NCBI GenBank assembly: GCA_964550485.1
Contig: CAZJZM010000003.1
Location: 1 to 37,849 of the forward strand
Direction: 5' to 3'
Length of the DNA: 37,849 nt
Source of the DNA: Candidatus Micrarchaeota archaeon
Lineage (GTDB): Archaea; Micrarchaeota; Micrarchaeia; Micrarchaeales; CABMGC01
The notes below the pieces were generated by a model, which was given only the letters and a program-made list of their open reading frames with translations, did not search any database and had not been told where the DNA came from. The position numbers and the translations under genes are program-made. Shown here piece after piece: positions 8,528 through 15,279 of this stretch. Each line of letters starts with the position of its first letter. The stretch's first letter is position 1.

Positions 8528-9184
8528 ATGTCACTGCCTGCCAACCTGGTATCCCTATTACAGGGGATAATGACCGGTGCCGGAACAATAATCACAAGCT
8601 TCATGTACAGCTACGGCTATCTTTCATTATTTGTTTTGATGACACTCGAATCGGCTTCGTTTCCGATACCAAGCGAAATCGTTCTTCCATTGGCAGGGCT
8701 TCTCGCGGCGAAGGGCGTTTTCAACGTTTACCTCGCATTTGCGATAATCCTTTTTGCCGGGATAGTTGGGATAACGATCGACTATTATCTTGCCTACTGG
8801 CTGGGAAAGGACGTGGTCTACAAGCACCTCAGGAGTTTTCATATCAAAAAGGAGCATCTGGACGCCTTTGACGAATGGTTCAACAGAAATGGGACATTCA
8901 CGGTCTTCATCGGAAGGCTTCTCCCTGAGATCAGGGGCCTCGTAAGCCTTCCCGCAGGGTTTGCGATGATGCCCAAGAAAAAGTTCTATGCCTACTCAAT
9001 AGCGGGAATGGGAATCTGGGACGCAGCCCTCCTCACATTTGGGTATTATGCACTAAACGCGCATAACGCCTATGTGGTGATGGTAGCGATTGCAATATTC
9101 GCAATAGTGATATACGCATTGTATAAGTTAGGTACTAGGACAAGAAAAATCAAGCCTGCTGCTGTTGCTGCTTCCCTATCTTGA
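8528..9184 (+). CDS. DedA-family (SNARE-associated) membrane protein
   Basis: YGYLSLFVLMTLESASFPIPSEIVLPLAG and GRLLPEIRGLVSLPAG are DedA signatures. Multi-TM. Confidence 0.8.
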   Translation: MSLPANLVSLLQGIMTGAGTIITSFMYSYGYLSLFVLMTLESASFPIPSEIVLPLAGLLAAKGVFNVYLAFAIILFAGIVGITIDYYLAYWLGKDVVYKHLRSFHIKKEHLDAFDEWFNRNGTFTVFIGRLLPEIRGLVSLPAGFAMMPKKKFYAYSIAGMGIWDAALLTFGYYALNAHNAYVVMVAIAIFAIVIYALYKLGTRTRKIKPAAVAASLS

Positions 9185-9530
9185 GCCGCTGGGCCTCGAG
9201 CTCCTCCTTGGTCTCGGGCTTCCTCACTATTATGTACTTCTGCACCGTCTTTATCATTATGGCTATGGCGCGGTGGATGTCTGCCTCCGTCTTAGAACCC
9301 GTGCAGATGACCTTGCCATTCTTGAAAAGCAGGAGGGCCGTCTTCGGGTCGTGTATCTTGTAGATCGCTCCGGGAAACTGCTCAGGCTCGTAGTCGACGT
9401 CAGGCGATGCCTTCGCTATCGCGTAAAGGTCCAATTCTACACCGAGTGCTGCGCTTGCGACTATGTTCTCAATCTTGAAATCTGGCCTAAGCATTATCTT
9501 CCTTCCTTTCTTGGCTGTACTTTTAGGCAT
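9150..9530 (-). CDS. TATA-binding-protein homologue with a single TBP repeat (126 aa)
   Basis: IENIVASAALG...DLYAIA...DYEPEQFPGAIYKI..PKTALLLFKNGKVICTGSKTEADIHRAI equals one TBP repeat. It has a basic N-tail and a Q-rich C-tail. The stop lies inside the convergent DedA 3' end. Confidence 0.75.
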   Translation of the reverse strand: MPKSTAKKGRKIMLRPDFKIENIVASAALGVELDLYAIAKASPDVDYEPEQFPGAIYKIHDPKTALLLFKNGKVICTGSKTEADIHRAIAIMIKTVQKYIIVRKPETKEELEAQRLKIGKQQQQQA

Positions 9531-9559
9531 ATAATCACTCTTTAGATATGCGGTGAAGG

Positions 9560-9569
9560 TATTTAAATG
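9560..9569. promoter_or_regulatory. Shared, nearly palindromic TATA box TATTTAAATG between the TBP-like gene and rpl21e
   Basis: The box lies 31 nt from the TBP-like ATG (9530) and about 49 nt from the rpl21e ATG (9617). Confidence 0.5.
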
Positions 9570-9616
9570 TGTTTCTCCTAAAGATAAAGTGATTCAATAG
9601 AGTTAATGTGAATACT

Positions 9617-9904
9617 ATGAGCTCGTCAAAAGGACTCTTCTCAAGGAGGACAAGGAAGCTTTCAAGACATATCAAGCCATCTGAGATGGGGATAAGCATG
9701 AGGATCAAGGAGTTCGAGAACGGAAGCAAGGTAATAATCATGCCCAGGAGCACCTACAACAGGAGCGTGCCCCATCCGAGGTACAAGGGAAGGACTGCGG
9801 TGGTTTTGGGAAAGAGGGGAGACGCCTATGTTGTCGAGATGGAACTGAGCAAGTCGACGAAGAGAAGGCTGGTAGTCCCGCAGATGCATCTCCAAAGAGC
9901 CTAA
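9617..9904 (+). CDS. rpl21e: 50S ribosomal protein L21e
   Basis: SRRTRKLSRH..., PHPRYKGRTAVVLGKRGDAYVVEM and LVVPQMHL match L21e. ATG 9617 is preferred over the track GTG 9608. Confidence 0.85.
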   Translation: MSSSKGLFSRRTRKLSRHIKPSEMGISMRIKEFENGSKVIIMPRSTYNRSVPHPRYKGRTAVVLGKRGDAYVVEMELSKSTKRRLVVPQMHLQRA

Positions 9905-9924
9905 GCTACATACTCATTAATAAT

Positions 9925-10872
9925 TTATTTACCTGCTCCTGTTATGAATATCTCTTGATGGTCATTGTTTAAGATAAATCCTATCTGCTCAATACTAAAG
10001 TAGAAATTTGGCTCCATTACTTTATTTTCAACTGAAATCCTTGAAGAATAACCTCTTTCTGCCCTTCTTTTATTCGTATCCGGTTGCAACTCAAATTTCC
10101 ATTGGAAAAAAGTTAAATTATCTTCATGTAACTTATAAGGAAGCATGTTGTAATATTCTTGACGTGGCAGTGCCTGAATTATCTTAGTATCTGAAATTAC
10201 CTCAGTCATTACGCCGGTGAACCTGCCTCTGTCATTACTCCAGATAAATCCTGTTCCCTGTGCACTAAAAGTGACCCTTGCCAAAGCCCCCGTATCTAAG
10301 TCTGTAGCTATCATATATACGCTGTCATCTCCCAGCTTGAGATTTCCTAGCTTAAGCTCAATCAGAATCCTGTCTCCCTCATTAACCGGCCCATTAAACT
10401 CCTTGTATTCAAAACCTTTTCTTCCACCAAAATCCAGAACATTTTTGTTTTTGTCATCCCATATCTGGAAAACAAGTTTAAACTTGCCATCTGCTATAGT
10501 ATATGCAAGGCCGGCCTGGTACCACCATCTTTCTTCTGTAAGACCATTTACTTCATATGCTATCAGACGGACATCCGCCTTTAATGCTTTAATCTGATAT
10601 TTTAAATCTTGGATTTTGAATGTTGGATTATTTGCATATTCGTATCCCTGTTGTACATAATATAAATCTCTGTCATTTTCCCTAGAGGTCGGACTACTTA
10701 CTACCAACACACTTCCTAAGATAGCGACTCCGATTGCTGCCTTTCCTAAATATCTCTTAATCTTATCCGAATACCTACTTCTGCTCCGTATCGCTTCTAT
10801 CTTTTGGCCATAACTTATATTACTAACGTTAAGATTAGATGGTTCTGCTTCTTTTCTCCCCTTTGCAATCAT
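9925..10872 (-). CDS. Hypothetical membrane-anchored protein (one N-terminal TM helix, beta-rich ectodomain) in an AT-rich island
   Basis: Long ATG-initiated ORF. TM segment AAIGVAILGSVLVVS. I recognise no family. Confidence 0.5.
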   Translation of the reverse strand: MIAKGRKEAEPSNLNVSNISYGQKIEAIRSRSRYSDKIKRYLGKAAIGVAILGSVLVVSSPTSRENDRDLYYVQQGYEYANNPTFKIQDLKYQIKALKADVRLIAYEVNGLTEERWWYQAGLAYTIADGKFKLVFQIWDDKNKNVLDFGGRKGFEYKEFNGPVNEGDRILIELKLGNLKLGDDSVYMIATDLDTGALARVTFSAQGTGFIWSNDRGRFTGVMTEVISDTKIIQALPRQEYYNMLPYKLHEDNLTFFQWKFELQPDTNKRRAERGYSSRISVENKVMEPNFYFSIEQIGFILNNDHQEIFITGAGK

Positions 10873-11036
10873 ATACTCTTACACTAATATTAATACTCAG
10901 ATATTTAAGTCTTGATTGGCATAAGGCCTTCGCAGTCCAAATCCAGAAATAATCAGATCCTTTTATCCAAACAATAGACATGTATTTCGAAGCTCCAACT
11001 TTCTATTTTCTTCTTTTCAATTAGATGTTTGATCTA

Positions 11037-11243
11037 CTATGAGCTTTTTTCAGGAATATTATATATCATATCCACAAACCTTTTCTGCTCGCTACTCCAC
11101 TCTTTGTTGCTCTTTTTCTTTATATAATCAGCATAGAATTTTATAAATTCAAGGTTACTTCTATGGTTTCTCCTTTTCTCTTTTCTTAGTTCTTTCAGCG
11201 ATATCTTAGGTCTCAAGGTCTTCACCAAGGCTTTCTCTGACAA
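11037..11243 (-). CDS. Small, very basic hypothetical ORF (68 codons, non-ATG start); possibly a frameshifted continuation of the upstream gene
   Basis: TTG-initiated in the track. It overlaps the preceding nucleotidyltransferase-like ORF by 38 nt in another frame. Lys/Arg-rich. Confidence 0.3.
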   Translation of the reverse strand: MSEKALVKTLRPKISLKELRKEKRRNHRSNLEFIKFYADYIKKKSNKEWSSEQKRFVDMIYNIPEKSS

Positions 11244-11832
11244 CTGATTTCTTTATCTTCATTGCCTTTATATAATACTTAAGCTCTTCAGGATTTAAAT
11301 ACTCTTTCAATACTCTGTAAAGGTGCGCCGCATCGTCCAAGTCCTTATCGCTACCCAAGAACAATTTGTAAGCGATCTGTGATTCTAATTCGGAAGTGTT
11401 TATGATTCCATGATCAAAAGCCACCTTTATCTTGTTTATTAATGCCAGTTCTCCTAAAGTTTCTTTAGGAAATTTCAGTTCGAAGTTTGGGAAGATATTC
11501 CCATGAAAAATTATACGTAGAGAAGAACCCTCTCTAAGTAGTTCATAAGCATCCTCATTGTTTTCTGCATTCATTATGCTAAAATCTTTAGTTTTCAAAG
11601 AGTCGAAGAAATCAAACAATTCCTGTTTATTCCTTGGATTTATGAACAGATCCACGTCCTCCGTAGTTCTGCTTCTTCCGAAAAGTATTGCAACATAGCC
11701 GCTTATGATAACATAATCAAATTTTATCAAGCTTACGAAATCCAATACAAGCTTGTCTAAGGCATTCAGCTCTTTGTTCTTTAAATAGATTGTCTTGCCT
11801 TTTCTTTCTATTTCCACAGTATCCCCTCCCAA
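11206..11832 (-). CDS. Nucleotidyltransferase-fold protein (MNT/AbiEii/DUF6036-like)
   Basis: SGYVAILFGRSRTTEDVDLFI fits the G-x(n)-G-x-x-R-x-T-x-D-x-D polymerase-beta-like NTase motif. The start is TTG 11832 or GTG 11817; there is no early ATG. Confidence 0.5.
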   Translation of the reverse strand: MGGDTVEIERKGKTIYLKNKELNALDKLVLDFVSLIKFDYVIISGYVAILFGRSRTTEDVDLFINPRNKQELFDFFDSLKTKDFSIMNAENNEDAYELLREGSSLRIIFHGNIFPNFELKFPKETLGELALINKIKVAFDHGIINTSELESQIAYKLFLGSDKDLDDAAHLYRVLKEYLNPEELKYYIKAMKIKKSVVRESLGEDLET

Positions 11833-11873
11833 AGATATAATCAGTTAATCTGTATACTAAATAATCTGAAATA

Positions 11874-12455
11874 TCATCTGATTTGCGGATGCATCGGCCT
11901 TGTGAGAATATAGAATCTGCTTTCCCCTTTCAATTCCATAAGTACTCGTTCCATCAGGAGTTTTACTGGATCCTGGAGCAGCGCGACCCTTTGCGAAATG
12001 TCCGCAAAGCTCTCGAAGGGCTTCTCCTCCCTCGCCTCGAGTATCGCCTGGAGGTGCTTCTTCCCTATTCCCGGGAGAAGTTCCAGCGTGTGCATCCTTA
12101 TGTTGAGGGGCGAGGCGTTGTTGAAGAAATCCACAAACCTCTTCTCGTCTCCCCTTATTATCGAGGCTATTGAAATCGGAAGCTCGCTCCTCGAACCTTC
12201 AGTCAGGTTTTCGTACGCGAGCCTTGATTTTATGAGCGAGATCTTGTCCCTGACTCCCTTCCCTATGTAAATCCGCTCCTCGGTGCGTATGTCGGTGACC
12301 TTTGGAACCGCCTCAAGAAGGGTGAACCTTGTCTCTCCTATCAGCTGCACTATAGGCTCAGACCTTACAGAAAAAGACTTTCCGGTTGGGAGGTAGTCGA
12401 GAACGTGGGCATATTCTTCCAAATCTCCCCCTGTTCTCTGTTCCATCTCTTGCAT
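11874..12455 (-). CDS. DUF655-family RNA-binding protein
   Basis: EEYAHVLDYLPTGK...IGETRFTLLEAVPK...RIYIGKG plus a C-terminal HhH-like segment. It sits immediately downstream of rpoF, as in many archaea. ATG 12455 is preferred; the track uses TTG 12467. Confidence 0.75.
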   Translation of the reverse strand: MQEMEQRTGGDLEEYAHVLDYLPTGKSFSVRSEPIVQLIGETRFTLLEAVPKVTDIRTEERIYIGKGVRDKISLIKSRLAYENLTEGSRSELPISIASIIRGDEKRFVDFFNNASPLNIRMHTLELLPGIGKKHLQAILEAREEKPFESFADISQRVALLQDPVKLLMERVLMELKGESRFYILTRPMHPQIR

Positions 12456-12477
12456 GCTATTACCCAAATCCGCACAT

Positions 12478-12828
12478 TTACCCCTTGCTTCTGCTGCTTT
12501 CTACTATCGCGAATGCCTTGTCCGCTATCTCAGGCTCCAGCGCCTTCTTCTCGTTCGCAAGTATGTGCTTGACCTGAACGACGTCCATCGGCATAACGTT
12601 TATTATTGAAACGGCGATCTTCTCGCTTATCCCGAGCTCCTCCAATTGCTTCTTCATCTTTTCCGCCGCGTTTACGGTAACCTTTGAGAACTTCTTCGAG
12701 TAATCAAGCGCCAGTGTCTGCTCGTATCCGAATTCCCCTTCCTTCTCCCTTTTCTCAAGGATCTCAAGGGCTTCGGAGAGCGGCACTATCTTCACCGTCT
12801 TCTCGTTCTTCACTGCCATAAATATCAT
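12478..12828 (-). CDS. rpoF: DNA-directed RNA polymerase subunit F (Rpo4)
   Basis: About 115 aa. LSEALEILEKRE...EQTLALDY..KFSK...AEKMKKQLEELGISEKIAVSIINVMP is the Rpb4/RpoF pattern. A TTTATATT box (revcomp of 12851-12858) lies upstream. Confidence 0.8.
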   Translation of the reverse strand: MIFMAVKNEKTVKIVPLSEALEILEKREKEGEFGYEQTLALDYSKKFSKVTVNAAEKMKKQLEELGISEKIAVSIINVMPMDVVQVKHILANEKKALEPEIADKAFAIVESSRSKG

Positions 12829-12994
12829 TCACTATATATCTGAAGGGTAGAATATAAACCTTTTGTTTGGACCGATGATATCGGTTTTCAGGAGGAGTTT
12901 GATTACGGTCCGAGCTTGGCCTCATGCGTATAAGGCACTAAGCAAGATATAAATTAATGTGCAGTCAATCCAATACGGTGCAACTTTGGAAGGA

Positions 12995-13906
12995 ATGGAC
13001 GCCCATACTGCCTATCAGAAAATACTCTTCGAGCTTAAAAAGCATATCTCCGGAGACGAGGCGGTCTTGGAGCTGATGTTCATCACCGTGGTGGCCGACG
13101 GCCATGCGCTCCTCGAGGGGGTTCCCGGAGTCGCGAAGACTACGATAACAAAGGCGCTTGCGGACACCATACAAGCCGATTTCAAGAGAATACAGGGAAC
13201 CCCGGACATAGGCCCGAGCGACATAGTCGGATACACCTACCTCGATTCGAAGAACGAGACCGAGGTAAGCAAGGGTCCCGTTTTCACCAATATCCTCCTT
13301 TTCGACGAATTGAACAGGACCCAGCCTAGGGTGATGAGCGCGCTCCTCGAGACGCTTGAGGAAAGGCAGGTGACTCTGGGCGGCCAGACAATGCAGCTTC
13401 CAAAGCCGTTCAACGCCTTCGCCACGCAGAACCCGCTCAGGATAGAGGGAACCGAGCCGCTTCCGAAGGTGCTCGCAGACAGGTTCATAATGCGCATACC
13501 GGTCGATTATCCTTCAAGGGAAGACGAGGGCATGATGCTCAGGCTCAAGGAGGCCGAGGCCAAGGTGGTGGTGAACAAGGTAATAGACACTGAAGACATT
13601 GTTAGGATACAGAACGAGGCCAAGGCGGTGACCCTTCCCGATGATGTCAAGGACTACATAACCGGACTGGTCGATGCCACCAGAAAGGACATACACGCGG
13701 TGATGGGCGCAAGCCCCAGGGCCGACATAGCCTTCATGAACTGCGGCAAGGCCAAGGCGCTCATAGAGGGAAGGAAGGAGGTCAAGTGGGAGGACATAAC
13801 CTTCCTCGCAAGGCCGGTTCTCAGCCACAGGATGACGGTCAGGTCCACTGGAGGAATCGGGGTGCTCGGGATAATAGATGGAATAGTGGCGATCTATGGC
13901 AAATGA
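12995..13906 (+). CDS. MoxR-family AAA+ ATPase
   Basis: GHALLEGVPGVAKT (Walker A), LLFDELNR (Walker B), ATQNPLRIEGTEPLPKVLADRF. ATG 12995 is preferred to the track GTG 12959 because the TATA-like ATATAAATTA is at 12946-12955. Confidence 0.85.
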   Translation: MDAHTAYQKILFELKKHISGDEAVLELMFITVVADGHALLEGVPGVAKTTITKALADTIQADFKRIQGTPDIGPSDIVGYTYLDSKNETEVSKGPVFTNILLFDELNRTQPRVMSALLETLEERQVTLGGQTMQLPKPFNAFATQNPLRIEGTEPLPKVLADRFIMRIPVDYPSREDEGMMLRLKEAEAKVVVNKVIDTEDIVRIQNEAKAVTLPDDVKDYITGLVDATRKDIHAVMGASPRADIAFMNCGKAKALIEGRKEVKWEDITFLARPVLSHRMTVRSTGGIGVLGIIDGIVAIYGK

Positions 13907-13970
13907 CTGCTCTTTGTGCCTAAAACAATCCATTCCGGAAAACATCTCCAAACGACAGGAACACACTAAG

Positions 13971-13980
13971 ATTTAAATAT
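13971..13980 (+). promoter_or_regulatory. TATA box ATTTAAATAT of pilin-like cassette 1
   Basis: About 34 nt upstream of ATG 14013. The same box and following 5' leader are repeated at 14633. Confidence 0.6.
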
Positions 13981-14012
13981 CTGAGCTTAGTTACTACTAA
14001 CTGGGAATTAAT

Positions 14013-14438
14013 ATGATAGGAATCTTCAAGTACCTAAACAAGATAAAGACTGCGGTTTTTGTAGCTACGCTATTTGGCATCATCGCAAGCGTTCTGATAC
14101 CTGGAGTGCAGGCTGTTAACGGCGGCGGCTCGGAACTTCAGGATGTGCTCTGCGGGATCATAGCGGCAATCGCAACAGTAATAGGCGTGCTTGCAATCTT
14201 CATGTTCGTACTGGGCGGAATTCTCTACGCATTCGCACACTTCCTACCGGCGGCAGGAAACCTCAAGGGTTCCATGCAGGGTTGGGGAATGGGAGTGCTC
14301 ATGGGTGGAATAATAATGATCATACTCTACGTCCTGGCGCCTTTCATCGTTGGTACCATACTTGGGTTCAGTACAATAGGCAGCACCAATGCTTCCCTGC
14401 CTAGCGTCGGAGGAGCAACTTGTGCATCAGGGGCATAA
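14013..14438 (+). CDS. Small secreted two-helix membrane protein, VirB2/TrbC/CedA1-like pilin architecture (copy 1, 141 aa)
   Basis: Sec-type signal peptide (KYLNKIKTAVFVATLFGIIASVLIPGVQA). The mature part has two long hydrophobic helices (LCGIIAAIATVIGVLAIFMFVLGGILYAF and MGVLMGGIIMIILYVLAPFIVGTILGF) joined by a short K-containing loop. Confidence 0.55.
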   Translation: MIGIFKYLNKIKTAVFVATLFGIIASVLIPGVQAVNGGGSELQDVLCGIIAAIATVIGVLAIFMFVLGGILYAFAHFLPAAGNLKGSMQGWGMGVLMGGIIMIILYVLAPFIVGTILGFSTIGSTNASLPSVGGATCASGA

Positions 14439-14481
14439 GAAGCATACCTATGCCATTCCAAGATATCGATAGAGAAATTAT

Positions 14482-14510
14482 TGCCGCTTTTTAGCGGCAT
14501 TTGTTTTTAT
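14482..14510 (+). terminator. Hairpin plus T-run terminator of cassette 1
   Basis: TGCCGCT-TTTT-AGCGGCA followed by TTTGTTTTT. Confidence 0.6.
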
Positions 14511-14632
14511 TCTCTTTTTATTCTCTTCTTCTTTCTTACGGGCCATTTTACCGATAATGAATTCGTTTAATGAAAGAAAGAAGGAAATATCCTAGTTCTA
14601 GAAAAGTTCTTTAAATGGCGATTTTGGATAAG

Positions 14633-14642
14633 TTTAAATATC
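14633..14642 (+). promoter_or_regulatory. TATA box TTTAAATATC of pilin-like cassette 2
   Basis: About 33 nt upstream of ATG 14674. Confidence 0.6.
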
Positions 14643-14673
14643 TGAGCTTAGTTACTACTAATTGGGAATTTAC

Positions 14674-15135
14674 ATGATAGGAATCTTCAAGTACCTAAGC
14701 AAGATAAAGATGGCGATTTTTGTAGCTATGCTATTGAGCATTACTGCAAGCGTTCTGATACCTGCAGTGCATGCTGGTACTACGAACGGCGGCGGCGAAG
14801 AACTTCAGGATGTGCTCTGCGGGATCATAGCGGCAATCGCAACAGTAATAGGCGTGCTTGCAATCTTCATGTTCGTACTGGGCGGAATTCTCTACGCATT
14901 CGCACACTTCCTACCGGCGGCAGGAAACCTCAAGGGTTCCATGCAGGGTTGGGGAATGGGAGTGCTCATGGGTGGAATAATAATGATCATACTCTACGTC
15001 CTGGCGCCTTTCATCGTTGGTACCATACTTGGGTTCAGTACAATAGGCAGCACCAATGCTTCCCTGCCTAGCGTTGGAGGGGCAAGCTGCTCGTCTAACG
15101 GCAATCTCGGCAACCTGAACAACGGGCCAGCATAA
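14674..15135 (+). CDS. Small secreted two-helix membrane protein, VirB2/TrbC/CedA1-like pilin architecture (copy 2, 153 aa from the ATG)
   Basis: Paralogue of 14013-14438. The core ELQDVLCG...ASLPSVGGA is identical. The signal peptide and the C-terminal tail (SCSSNGNLGNLNNGPA) differ. ATG 14674 is preferred to the track TTG 14662. Confidence 0.55.
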   Translation: MIGIFKYLSKIKMAIFVAMLLSITASVLIPAVHAGTTNGGGEELQDVLCGIIAAIATVIGVLAIFMFVLGGILYAFAHFLPAAGNLKGSMQGWGMGVLMGGIIMIILYVLAPFIVGTILGFSTIGSTNASLPSVGGASCSSNGNLGNLNNGPA

Positions 15136-15171
15136 CCAACAATCGCCGATCTGCTCAACAATGAGGGATTC

Positions 15172-15200
15172 TGGCCATGATGAATGGCCATTTGTTTTTA
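15172..15200 (+). terminator. Hairpin plus T-run terminator of cassette 2
   Basis: TGGCCAT-GATGA-ATGGCCA followed by TTTGTTTTT. The stem sequence differs from cassette 1 but the structure and T-run are conserved. Confidence 0.6.
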
Positions 15201-15279
15201 TTTCCTTTTTCTCTTTACTCTCATAGGGGCTAATAAATACATTTTTATTACTTAACGTGCACATCATTAGCGTGAATTC

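Larger units (their letters stand above)
13967..14510 (+). repeat. Tandem duplication, copy 1 (promoter + small membrane-protein gene + terminator)
   Basis: Aligns with 14629-15200. Segment 14133-14407 is identical to 14800-15074; I read both strings base by base. Confidence 0.9.
14629..15200 (+). repeat. Tandem duplication, copy 2
   Basis: See copy 1. Offset is 661 nt upstream of a 6-nt indel and 667 nt after it. Confidence 0.9.

Noticed and set aside
8509-8871. 120-aa TTG-initiated ORF overlapping dedA.
   Set aside because: The dedA frame carries the family signatures. The alternative frame is Arg-rich and motif-free.
9905-11873. Calling the AT-rich island a mobile element.
   Set aside because: I found no integrase, transposase, terminal inverted repeats or flanking direct repeats. 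It is reported only as a compositional island.
12871-12889. Hairpin ACCGAT-GAT-ATCGGT followed by TTTT in the rpoF/MoxR divergent intergenic region.
   Set aside because: No upstream gene on either strand could use it as a terminator. It is short and could arise by chance. It might be a binding site, but nothing supports that.
13967-15200. Possibility that the tandem repeat is a CRISPR-like or satellite array.
   Set aside because: There are only two copies of a roughly 550-nt unit. Each is a complete promoter-ORF-terminator cassette. No short repeat/spacer periodicity exists anywhere in the window.
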